NCBI GenBank assembly: GCA_017618175.1
Contig: JAFZUT010000018.1
Coordinates: 29,759-93,758, forward strand
Length of the DNA stretch: 64,000 nt
Reading direction: 5' to 3'
From: Alphaproteobacteria bacterium
GTDB lineage: Bacteria > Pseudomonadota > Alphaproteobacteria > Rs-D84
Shown: one piece after another, positions 1-8,577 of the stretch
Layout: each line of letters opens with the position of its first letter
Numbering within the stretch: the stretch's first letter is position 1
Made by a program: the position numbers and the translations under genes
The notes under the pieces: generated by a model
Database searches by the model: none
The model's input: only the letters and a program-made list of their open reading frames with translations
What the model was told of the DNA's origin: nothing

Positions 1-1
1 G

Positions 2-334
2 GCGGATGTGTGGACATTGGAAAAAACCGGTGTGTTTAATGGTCGGTATCATATCTTGGGTGGTTTGTTGTCGGGTGTTGCCGGTATCACGCCCGGGGAT
101 TTGAACATAGGGAATTTACCGCAACGCATAATTGATGAAAAAATAAATGAAATAATTTTTGCTTTGCCAAATACCGTCGAAGGCAAAACGACCCAGCAGT
201 ATATTATCTCAACATTAACGAACGCGAATGTTAAATTTACAGAATTGGCGTCCGGCGTACCGTTGGGTGGTGATTTGGATTACATAGATGACGGCACTCT
301 GTCTTTGGCATTTGGGGGGCGGCGCGCATTATGA
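2..334 (+). CDS. recR: Recombination protein RecR, C-terminal part (5' end outside window)
   Basis: ORF is open to the window start. It shows the Toprim-type RecR C-terminus (GRYHILGG, EGKTTQQYI, GVPLGGDLDYIDDGTL). Its stop overlaps the rsmA ATG. Confidence 0.85.
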   Translation, partial: ADVWTLEKTGVFNGRYHILGGLLSGVAGITPGDLNIGNLPQRIIDEKINEIIFALPNTVEGKTTQQYIISTLTNANVKFTELASGVPLGGDLDYIDDGTLSLAFGGRRAL

Positions 335-1158
335 TGGATAAATTGCAATCTTTGCCACCGGTTTCACAAATGATGCGTGATGCGGGATTAGAACCCAAAA
401 AACAATTTGGCCAGAATTTTTTGTTTGATTTGAATTTGACCGGTCGCATCGCGCGCAGTGTTCCCGATGTTGAAAATTCCACGATTATCGAGGTTGGCCC
501 GGGTCCGGGTGGCCTTTCGCGTGCATTGCTGACCGTTGGTGCGCGCAAACTGATTGCGATTGAAAAAGATAAAACCACCGAACCAATTTTATCGCAAATT
601 GTTGCGGCGGCGGCCGGGCGGTTCAACGTCATTTACGATGATGCGTTGCGCGTAGATATGAAAAAAATTGCGGGTGGAAAATTTTCCATCTGTGCGAATT
701 TGCCGTACAATGTCGGCACAGAATTATTGATAAATTGGTTGCATGATATTGCGCGTGGTGTGCCGATAACATCTATGACGTTGATGTTTCAACGCGAAGT
801 GGCGGAACGCATTGTCGCACGCAAGGCGGACGCGCAATACGGACGATTAAGTGTGTTGACCGCTTTGGTTGCAGATGCAAAAATTTTGTTTGGTGTTCCA
901 TCGACCGCATTTGTTCCGCGCCCGCGCGTTGAAAGTGCGGTTGTGCAAATTATTCCAAATGCAACCAAGATAAAAAATATTGATGATATTGGCGCGTTGG
1001 AAAACCTTACGGCGCGATTGTTTGGAATGCGGCGTAAAATGATACGCGGAATAATGCGTGATGTTGATTGGGCATATTTTGGTTTGACCGGAACCGAACG
1101 TGCCGAAGATTTAACGCCGGAAAAATTTTTAGAAATTTCTAAAAAACTGGTTGCATAG
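331..1158 (+). CDS. rsmA: 16S rRNA (adenine1518/1519-N6)-dimethyltransferase
   Basis: 275-aa ORF with the KsgA/Dim1 N-terminus (FGQNFL) and the SAM-binding motif EVGPGPGGLS. Confidence 0.93.
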   Translation: MMDKLQSLPPVSQMMRDAGLEPKKQFGQNFLFDLNLTGRIARSVPDVENSTIIEVGPGPGGLSRALLTVGARKLIAIEKDKTTEPILSQIVAAAAGRFNVIYDDALRVDMKKIAGGKFSICANLPYNVGTELLINWLHDIARGVPITSMTLMFQREVAERIVARKADAQYGRLSVLTALVADAKILFGVPSTAFVPRPRVESAVVQIIPNATKIKNIDDIGALENLTARLFGMRRKMIRGIMRDVDWAYFGLTGTERAEDLTPEKFLEISKKLVA

Positions 1159-1208
1159 GTTACATATTTTTTTGCTATAATAACCCTGAGTTATTTTAGG
1201 GGAGAGAG

Positions 1209-2918
1209 ATGTCTTTATCTGTGTTGATATTTTTTTCAATGTTATTTGTGTTGGTGTTTTTGTTGCGCACACTGCGCATTGGCGCAATAGTTGCGTTTTT
1301 AGTGGCGGGTATAATTTCCGGACCGTTTGTTTTGGATTTGTTCCAAGTAAATTCCACATGGACATTTTTGGGTGATTTAGGAATTTTATTCTTGTGGTTT
1401 AACATTGGTTTGGAAATAAATATGAAACGCCTGTGGAAAATGCGGCGAACAATCTTTGGTTTCGGTGCGGCCCAGGTTTTAATGGTCGCGGTAATGTTGT
1501 TTCCAATCTTGGTTGGGATAACAACGTGGTCAATAATGGGCGTGATAACAATTTCATTGTTGTTGGCAATGTCCAGCACATCCGAAGACTTGCAATTATT
1601 GACAGACAGAAATCAATTAAACACGGTTATGGGACATCAAACATTTTCGATATTATTGTTCCAAGATTTGTTATCAATTCCGTTGTTGGCAATGTTACCC
1701 GTGTTCGCGGGGCGTTCATTAAACTTTGGTGCAACAGTCATAGACGTTGTTGTCACTTCTGTTGCGTTGATTTGCGGTGTGGTTGTTGTTGGGCGTTTCG
1801 TGTTGAACCCACTGATGCGGCGCGTATCAAAATTAAAATCACGTGAAGCATTCTTATTGGTGGTAATGTTAAATATCGCGCTGTGGGCGGTGTTTATGGA
1901 TTTGATGGGGTTGCCGGTGGGATTGGGGGCGTTCTTGGCCGGTATGTTAATGTCGGAAACAATATACAATCACCAAGTGCGCGCAGAAATTGGACCGTAT
2001 GCATTATTGTTCTTGTCATTATTCTTTGTGTCATTGGGTATGGGATTAAATTTGGATGTATTGTTGGCAAATTGGTACATCGTTGTTTTGGGTATGGTCG
2101 CGTTGGTCTTAATCAAATTTGCGGCACTGTTTATGGTTGCGCGTGTTCGCAATATTCCATTGCATGATGCGCGCCTTATTGCATTGGTGTTAAGCCAAGG
2201 CGGCGAATTTGCATTGTTGATGTTCCAAACAATGAAGACCAGTGGTATTTCGGCCATCCCCCCCGCACACCAAGAAATTTTAACGGCGATAATAATATTA
2301 TCTATGGTATCAACACCGTTCTTGTTGGCAATTCACGATCGGATTATGCGTTCTACAAAATGGTTCACACGTGCACGCACCCGGCAATTGAACGGTGGTG
2401 GCAACAATGTTCAACCAGAAGTCATAATTTGTGGATTTGGGCGTGTTGGTCAAATTATTGCATACGTGTTGGGAACGCGCAAGATACCATACGTCGCGCT
2501 TGATTTAGATGTAAATGCAATTATGATGGGGCGCGAACACGGGTATAATGTTTTCTATGGCGACAGCACGAATTCCAGTGTTCTGCGTGATTTTGGTTTA
2601 GCATCGCGGCGCGTGCGTGCGGTTGTTGTCGCGTTGGATAATGCAAGCACGGCGCGCAACGCGGTTTTAAGTGTACGCGGTGTCGCCCCGCGCGTAAAAA
2701 TATTTGCACGTGCGCGCAATTTAACCGAAACACGTGAATTATTAAAAGACGGTGTTCAAGAGGCATGGCCCGAAACCATAGAATCTTCGTTGATGTTGGC
2801 GCGTGGCGTTTTGGGTCAATTGGGTATTTCGGATGGTGTTATATCAAGTATGTTGGATGAAATGCGCAGTGAAAATTACGCAGAACTGGATAACGCCATC
2901 ACCGACAGAAATAATTAA
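1209..2918 (+). CDS. CPA2-family monovalent cation:proton antiporter with C-terminal RCK/TrkA-N domain (KefB/KefC-like)
   Basis: 569 aa. A multi-TM N-terminal half is followed by a Rossmann motif ICGFGRVGQ. RBS GGGGAGAGA lies upstream. Confidence 0.8.
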   Translation: MSLSVLIFFSMLFVLVFLLRTLRIGAIVAFLVAGIISGPFVLDLFQVNSTWTFLGDLGILFLWFNIGLEINMKRLWKMRRTIFGFGAAQVLMVAVMLFPILVGITTWSIMGVITISLLLAMSSTSEDLQLLTDRNQLNTVMGHQTFSILLFQDLLSIPLLAMLPVFAGRSLNFGATVIDVVVTSVALICGVVVVGRFVLNPLMRRVSKLKSREAFLLVVMLNIALWAVFMDLMGLPVGLGAFLAGMLMSETIYNHQVRAEIGPYALLFLSLFFVSLGMGLNLDVLLANWYIVVLGMVALVLIKFAALFMVARVRNIPLHDARLIALVLSQGGEFALLMFQTMKTSGISAIPPAHQEILTAIIILSMVSTPFLLAIHDRIMRSTKWFTRARTRQLNGGGNNVQPEVIICGFGRVGQIIAYVLGTRKIPYVALDLDVNAIMMGREHGYNVFYGDSTNSSVLRDFGLASRRVRAVVVALDNASTARNAVLSVRGVAPRVKIFARARNLTETRELLKDGVQEAWPETIESSLMLARGVLGQLGISDGVISSMLDEMRSENYAELDNAITDRNN

Positions 2919-2919
2919 A

Positions 2920-2942
2920 AAATGCCCAATTGGGCATTTTTA
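2920..2942 (+). terminator. Rho-independent terminator
   Basis: Hairpin ATGCCCAATTGGGCAT followed by a T-run, directly after the stop codon. Confidence 0.7.
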
Positions 2943-2999
2943 TGTTTGATTTTGCGCACTTATACTGCTATATTGACCCCATATTAAAAAGGAAATAAA

Positions 3000-3530
3000 A
3001 TGAACAGAAAGTCAAAGATTTTTGCCGGCATTTTTGGTGTGATTTTATTGGACCAAATTGCCAAGGGAATACTTTTGTTTCTAATCACCGGTTCGGCGTT
3101 TGTGTTTGGTCCCGCTTGGTCGGTTGTTCCGGTACCATACTTGATGGCACGCGTAACAAATTTCTTTAATATTGTTTTCACTTGGAATCCGGGAACGGCG
3201 TTTTCAATGTTTCGAAGCCTGGGTGATAATGCGCCGTTGATAATGATTATTGCAACGGGCGTGATAATTGCATTGTTGATTTATTATTTGTTGCGGCGTG
3301 CGCGGGAATATGAGGTTGCACCTTTGGTGTTGATTGTTGGCGGTGCACTGGGTAATTTAATTGATAGAATTCGTTTTGGCGCAGTGATCGATTTCTTGGA
3401 TTTTCATATTGGGGCAATTCATTGGCCGGCGTTTAATGTTGCCGACATGTTTATAACGATTGGTGTGTTGTTTTATATTTTGAATTGGTGGTTGGCGCGC
3501 CGCAAATGTTTGAAAAATGTTAGGGGGTAA
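3000..3530 (+). CDS. lspA: Lipoprotein signal peptidase II
   Basis: 176 aa, 4 TM segments, LspA motifs (FTWNPGTAFS, FNVADMFITIG). Confidence 0.9.
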   Translation: MNRKSKIFAGIFGVILLDQIAKGILLFLITGSAFVFGPAWSVVPVPYLMARVTNFFNIVFTWNPGTAFSMFRSLGDNAPLIMIIATGVIIALLIYYLLRRAREYEVAPLVLIVGGALGNLIDRIRFGAVIDFLDFHIGAIHWPAFNVADMFITIGVLFYILNWWLARRKCLKNVRG

Positions 3531-3534
3531 TTTA

Positions 3535-5124
3535 ATGGTAAAATATTTAGATAATAATTCTGGCTTTAATATGTGGAACGCGAATAAAACCGCATCGTCC
3601 AATGATAAACCGAAATCACGCTTGGGTAATTTTTTATGGTGGGGAATTTTGTTTTTGGGAACTTGGTGGTTGTTCAGTATGTGGAACGCACCGAAAAATG
3701 TTCCCGTACCAACAGATACCGAAAGTGCGATTATTGCGACCGATGTTTCAAATGTACCGGCGCATGAAATATCTGGGAATAAAATTACGGCAAATGCGCA
3801 GGGATTGCGCGTTTCAAATATAGCACTGAATGATTTTGCGGCTTCGGCCAAGGCGGATGATAATGCGTGTGTCACACTTTTGGGTGGTGATGGCGATTTT
3901 ATCGAAGTCGGCCTGAACGCCACCGGCACAACCGCACCCGATGCGAAAACCGTATGGCAAGATACCGGCGATACAATGCGTTGGCGTAACGTGGATGGTG
4001 TTGTATTCACGCGTTCAATCACGGTTGATGGATATTTAATAACGGTGACGGATACGGTTGAAAATAAGACCAAACATGAAATTTCTTTTGCGCCGTATGC
4101 GCGAATCGTGCGTGGTGACAAATCAAATTCTGCGGGTGTTGCAACCGGTGCAATCACGAACAGCAATTCCAAGGTTCACTATGTTGATTGGAATAAAATG
4201 TCTAAAAAGTCATATGCATATTCCACAACAAATGGATTTGTCGGTTTTGCAGACCAATATTGGGAAACAATTGCGGCCGTTCAATCACCTGATCAAACAA
4301 TACGCGCAAAATCCATTGGAAATAAATATATGACGGACGCGTCCGCGGCGGCGATTCGTGTTGCACCAAATGATACCGGTGTGTTCACAACAACAATTTT
4401 TGCCGGTCCGCGTGACCAACGTGTATTGGACGCGGCCGCAACAACAATCGGCGGGCTGGATGAAACCATAGATTATGGTTGGTTTTGGTTCTTGGCACGA
4501 CCAATGTTGTGGGCATTAAATATTTTGAATTCGTTTGTTATGAATTATGGTGTCGCAATAATTTTATTGACGATATTGTTGCGGTTATTGATGTGGCCAT
4601 TGACGCGCAAGTCATACACTTCATCAATTGCGATGCAGAAAATGCAACCAGAATTGCAACGTATCCAAAAACTTTACGCAAATGACAAAGCGCGCCTGCA
4701 ATTGGAAATGATGAATCTGTACAAAACACACAAGACTTCACCAATGTCTGGGTGTTTGCCGATGCTGATTCAAATCCCGATTTTCTTTGCATTGTACAAG
4801 GCGTTATTGGTATCGGTGCAAATGCGAAATGCGCATTTCCTTTGGATAAATGATTTGGCGGCGATGGACCCGTATTTCATATTGCCGATTTTGATGGGCG
4901 CGACAATGTGGTTGCAACAATATATACAATCGGGCCGTATGCGTAAAGATGCACCGAAAAATGATGCGATGGCGGCAACGGCACGTATGATGAAATGGTT
5001 GCCGATAATATTTGCGGTTATGTTTGCGTGGATGCCGGCGGGGTTGGTCCTGTATTGGACGGTTTCAAATATGTTCGGTATATTGCAAACATATATAATA
5101 AAAAAACAGTTAAATAAAAAATAA
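3535..5124 (+). CDS. yidC: Membrane protein insertase YidC
   Basis: The ORF track starts at 3517, but the ATG at 3535 has a GGGGG RBS and avoids overlap with lspA. N-terminal TM, large periplasmic domain, conserved C-terminal insertase core (MQKMQPELQ, PMLIQIPIFFALY). Confidence 0.93.
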   Translation: MVKYLDNNSGFNMWNANKTASSNDKPKSRLGNFLWWGILFLGTWWLFSMWNAPKNVPVPTDTESAIIATDVSNVPAHEISGNKITANAQGLRVSNIALNDFAASAKADDNACVTLLGGDGDFIEVGLNATGTTAPDAKTVWQDTGDTMRWRNVDGVVFTRSITVDGYLITVTDTVENKTKHEISFAPYARIVRGDKSNSAGVATGAITNSNSKVHYVDWNKMSKKSYAYSTTNGFVGFADQYWETIAAVQSPDQTIRAKSIGNKYMTDASAAAIRVAPNDTGVFTTTIFAGPRDQRVLDAAATTIGGLDETIDYGWFWFLARPMLWALNILNSFVMNYGVAIILLTILLRLLMWPLTRKSYTSSIAMQKMQPELQRIQKLYANDKARLQLEMMNLYKTHKTSPMSGCLPMLIQIPIFFALYKALLVSVQMRNAHFLWINDLAAMDPYFILPILMGATMWLQQYIQSGRMRKDAPKNDAMAATARMMKWLPIIFAVMFAWMPAGLVLYWTVSNMFGILQTYIIKKQLNKK

Positions 5125-5128
5125 AAAA

Positions 5129-5153
5129 ATCCCCACGTTTGTGGGGATTTTTT
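5129..5153. terminator. Bidirectional terminator between convergent yidC and the 112-aa ORF
   Basis: Hairpin ATCCCCACGTTTGTGGGGAT flanked by an A-run and a T-run. Confidence 0.7.
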
Positions 5154-5490
5154 AATCGCATAATTTTTTGTACAATGCATCGGGTGTTTGTATAAACGGT
5201 GCGTGCATACCAATTGCGCGCTTTGCCATATCAACGCAAGTCCACGCGTTGCGGGGATTAAAACCCGAATTTATTTCGCACGGCACATAAACAAATCGCC
5301 ACCCATATCGCCCCAGTATTCGTATATCGCGCGTGTGAATAAAAATTTCTGCCACGTTTTTATGTGATGAAAATTGATACATAATAAAACCATTTTTATC
5401 ACGCACCAAAACGGCGCAGTGTTTGAAATGCCTGCAAAATATATTTGGTAAAACTTTACTGGATTTCGGTGCAAACGCAATTATAACCAT
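5152..5490 (-). CDS. Hypothetical protein (112 aa)
   Basis: Lies 11 nt downstream of the preceding minus-strand ORF, so probably the same operon. No family recognised. The His...Cys arrangement (FKHCAVLV ... WTCVDMAKRAIG) only faintly resembles permuted papain-like amidases. Confidence 0.5.
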   Translation of the reverse strand: MVIIAFAPKSSKVLPNIFCRHFKHCAVLVRDKNGFIMYQFSSHKNVAEIFIHTRDIRILGRYGWRFVYVPCEINSGFNPRNAWTCVDMAKRAIGMHAPFIQTPDALYKKLCD

Positions 5491-5501
5491 CTTATTCTCC
5501 T

Positions 5502-5846
5502 TTATTCAATCCAACCTTTTTCGCGGGCGGCCGCATCCAAAGTATTCATCGCCGTATTCCAAATTGCGGCGGCGTGATTTTCCCGCCATATATATTGATG
5601 CGGCGCGCGCCGGCGATCACCAAATTCTTTCATAACGGCCAATTGGGCATCGTTCAGTTTCCCAGATAAATACAGTTTTGTAATCAATGTTTCAACGTCA
5701 ACCAATTCGCACACACGCCGCGTAGATGCCCGTCCATTGTTTTGCCCTATATCATTTCGCACCGATTTAGAATATAAAAACCAGAACCAAATTTGTTCTG
5801 CGTTTTGAAATTTTTCGGGTGTATAATTTGCTTGTATTTCCGTCAT
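5502..5846 (-). CDS. Hypothetical protein (114 aa)
   Basis: ORF with a good RBS (AAGGAG). No family recognised. Confidence 0.5.
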   Translation of the reverse strand: MTEIQANYTPEKFQNAEQIWFWFLYSKSVRNDIGQNNGRASTRRVCELVDVETLITKLYLSGKLNDAQLAVMKEFGDRRRAPHQYIWRENHAAAIWNTAMNTLDAAAREKGWIE

Positions 5847-6008
5847 AATCTTTTCTCCTTGGTTTTTTTGACGTTCTCAATTTTTTATATATTATGTAAT
5901 TGACCAAAATAAACAATTACAACCAACAATTGAATACAAGCCCAGATTTACGATTCGTTTAGGATTTTATTCTTATGTGTTGCGAATCGCATACATCAAT
6001 CGTTTTGT

Positions 6009-6032
6009 AAAAAAAAGGCGCAAAAATGCGCC
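6009..6032 (-). terminator. Second tandem terminator downstream of the virB10-like gene
   Basis: GGCGCA-AAAA-TGCGCC hairpin followed by a T-run on the minus strand. Confidence 0.55.
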
Positions 6033-6093
6033 ACAAATATTTTGGTCGTGAAAAAAACAACGGAATTCTATGTCATATTAAATCCTTTTGGTT

Positions 6094-6118
6094 AAAAAAA
6101 ACCGCCATAAGTGGCGGT
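6094..6118 (-). terminator. Rho-independent terminator ending the virB8-B9-B10-like operon
   Basis: ACCGCCACTTATGGCGGT hairpin followed by T8 on the minus strand, about 20 nt after the stop. Confidence 0.75.
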
Positions 6119-6138
6119 TTATGTTTTCGGTTTTGTCA

Positions 6139-8553
6139 CTATAACTCAATCGGCGGGAAACAATCACCACCCGCATCCGGACAGCAATTGAAACCTTGGT
6201 CACCCATATCGGTGTATGTTTCCCCCGGACAGCATCCATTCGCATCCGGTGCCGCCCCACCATCACACGTCACAACCGAGGTGCTTTGTGTTGTGGTGGA
6301 TGAACCAGACGAAGAAGTTTTCTTGAACGGATTTTGAATTGAACCATCGTCGTTATATTTCAATCCCAAAACCTGTTCATTATATGCCTGGGAACCTTGT
6401 GGGGTTTTGGTTGCCATCTGTTGTTGCTGGTTTTCAAACACCGCCTTTTGTTTTGCATTATTTATCGCATCATATGTCCCCATCGAACGGCAATAGAAAT
6501 CAACAGTATTGAAATTATAACCCCGCCGTTCCATTTCCGTTTTTTCATCGATGTCCGCCATATATGCCCCGGTTTCTTTACCATTAGTATCTTTAACAGG
6601 GGTGCAAAATTCACTTATATTTGCGACCAACATTGAACGAACCTGACCAATCAATTCTTCTGTCTTGGATGGATCTGTTTCCGTAAAGTCATCTTCTTTG
6701 CCATCACGCTTTGGTGAATCCGGATAAGGCAATATTGCGCATCTGCGTGTATCGCCATTGTCTTGACCACAGGTCACAAACAAATCAACAGGTGAAAACA
6801 CCGTGATACGTGTACCGGCGGCGATTGAAAAAGGCGGTGTGGTGTTATCCATTAAATCCACCAATAATTTTGTGGCAACATTGTTCCACGCGGTAATAAT
6901 CTCGTTTTTGGCCAATTCAGATGAACGCACGGTGCCGGTCTGCACAACCGTGTTGTTATCCAAGTCAATTTGATTCACAAATGCATCAGATATAGGTGCA
7001 ATCATATTCACGGCCGCCGGTACAATTGCGGTCAACATCGGCATAACAAATTGTTGCAGATAATCGGTGCTGCCGTGACCGGGAACGCCTTTGCGTCCCT
7101 GGGAATCAGCGGCAAACGGCTGTTTTTTATTATCTGTAAAGTTAAATTCCACACCATCGGGGCGAATAAACTGGTACCATTTTATTTCCATACGACCAAC
7201 CGCCTTGTACGGGCCGGGCAATTCGCCCGTCACATATCCCAACATCAATGTTCCGGTTGGAATAATAACCGTACGACCATTGTCGGAATAAACATTACGG
7301 TCAACCGTTGCGCGTACCGGCAAACCACTTTGCAATAATTTAGAATCTGCCTGAATATCCGATACAATTGTTGCCGGAATCGGTTTATATTGACGCAGAA
7401 CAAAACTGCGGTCATATGGACGTGTTCCAACAACACCTTTATCATTATCGTATCCAGTAAATTCAGTTGTCTTTTTGCGCGGTTTTAACCTAACACCCGG
7501 TTGACGTGCCCCCGGCATAGATGCCAATTGTGAAGCCAACATATCCATATTATCAATTTGTTCCGCACGGGTGACGGTGTGACGCGTTGATGTGCCGCCA
7601 CCAAGCCGGGGCAGGCGGTCCGTCACAACAAAACGTATGTGTTCTGCGTCCGATCCAATTTTGCGTGTTGGATTATTTATGTCCATAATATAACCCGTGT
7701 CTGCATTATACATTCCGGTCGGCGTGTCACAGTTCGTATCAGAAAACGGGTGATAATAATACGCGCCCCCCATTGGTTTTATCCAACCACTTTGAATACC
7801 GGCGGTGTTATATGCCGGAAACGCAAAGTCCGAACAATTATTTTTGAACATATTGCGCGGCACGGCAACCGGTGCATTGTATGTGGGTTCATTAAAACTG
7901 ATTGGTGCCGCAATATTGTTCAGGTCATCTTGAAAATCCGTATCGTAAGCCCAATCATCAATTAAAGGTTCCGGTTCTGGCTCCGGCTCTGGTTCTGGGG
8001 CGGGCGCATCCGTACGTGACATTGGTTTTTCGCGCGCCCCGATAACCAGTGTAATAGCCTTGGGGTTATCAACTTCGGCACCGGTTTCAAACGCACTCCA
8101 CGTAATTGCGACATTTGCGTCAGTGGTGTTAATTGGGTGTTCTGGTTGATATTTAATATTTATGACGCACGGGGCATTTTCTTCGATAATGGTCTGGTCA
8201 TTTTTACATGTTTCGGTTGCAGAAATTCCAACGGCATCATTTGTATCGCCTTCGACCCGCACAACAACATTTGTAATCTGAACGCGCGTATTTGCAGAAA
8301 CAAAAAATTCTGTTTCGCGAACTTCACCCACCACCGTATCAGACCAATCGACCGGCGCATCGGGCGTAATAATCAATTCCGGTGTGGCCGGCAAAGAATT
8401 CGGGTCAATCACAACGCGTTGTGCCTTGCGATTTCCAACCAATATCATCAGTAACACAACCACGATAATAATTGCCGCCGCCAACAATATCCATTGAACA
8501 TATTGTGGCGTAGTTTTGCGAAACTCCGAAAATTGTTCACCGATTTTACTCAT
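6139..8553 (-). CDS. virB10: VirB10/TrbI-like type IV secretion core protein, enlarged (804 aa) with extra N-terminal, proline-rich and Cys-rich C-terminal regions
   Basis: N-terminal TM (WILLAAAIIIVVVLLMILV) and a (PE)n linker (APAPEPEPEPEPEP). VirB10/TrbI-type beta-barrel region at about aa 385-592 (LPVRATVDRNVYSDNGRTVIIPTGTLMLGY...RMEIKWYQFIRPDGVEF...AGTRITVFSPVDL). A further 212 aa follow, ending CDGGAAPDANGCCPGETYTDMGDQGFNCCPDAGGDC. Confidence 0.8.
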   Translation of the reverse strand: MSKIGEQFSEFRKTTPQYVQWILLAAAIIIVVVLLMILVGNRKAQRVVIDPNSLPATPELIITPDAPVDWSDTVVGEVRETEFFVSANTRVQITNVVVRVEGDTNDAVGISATETCKNDQTIIEENAPCVINIKYQPEHPINTTDANVAITWSAFETGAEVDNPKAITLVIGAREKPMSRTDAPAPEPEPEPEPEPLIDDWAYDTDFQDDLNNIAAPISFNEPTYNAPVAVPRNMFKNNCSDFAFPAYNTAGIQSGWIKPMGGAYYYHPFSDTNCDTPTGMYNADTGYIMDINNPTRKIGSDAEHIRFVVTDRLPRLGGGTSTRHTVTRAEQIDNMDMLASQLASMPGARQPGVRLKPRKKTTEFTGYDNDKGVVGTRPYDRSFVLRQYKPIPATIVSDIQADSKLLQSGLPVRATVDRNVYSDNGRTVIIPTGTLMLGYVTGELPGPYKAVGRMEIKWYQFIRPDGVEFNFTDNKKQPFAADSQGRKGVPGHGSTDYLQQFVMPMLTAIVPAAVNMIAPISDAFVNQIDLDNNTVVQTGTVRSSELAKNEIITAWNNVATKLLVDLMDNTTPPFSIAAGTRITVFSPVDLFVTCGQDNGDTRRCAILPYPDSPKRDGKEDDFTETDPSKTEELIGQVRSMLVANISEFCTPVKDTNGKETGAYMADIDEKTEMERRGYNFNTVDFYCRSMGTYDAINNAKQKAVFENQQQQMATKTPQGSQAYNEQVLGLKYNDDGSIQNPFKKTSSSGSSTTTQSTSVVTCDGGAAPDANGCCPGETYTDMGDQGFNCCPDAGGDCFPPIEL

Positions 8554-8577
8554 AATGACCCACCGTATTTTTGCGTA

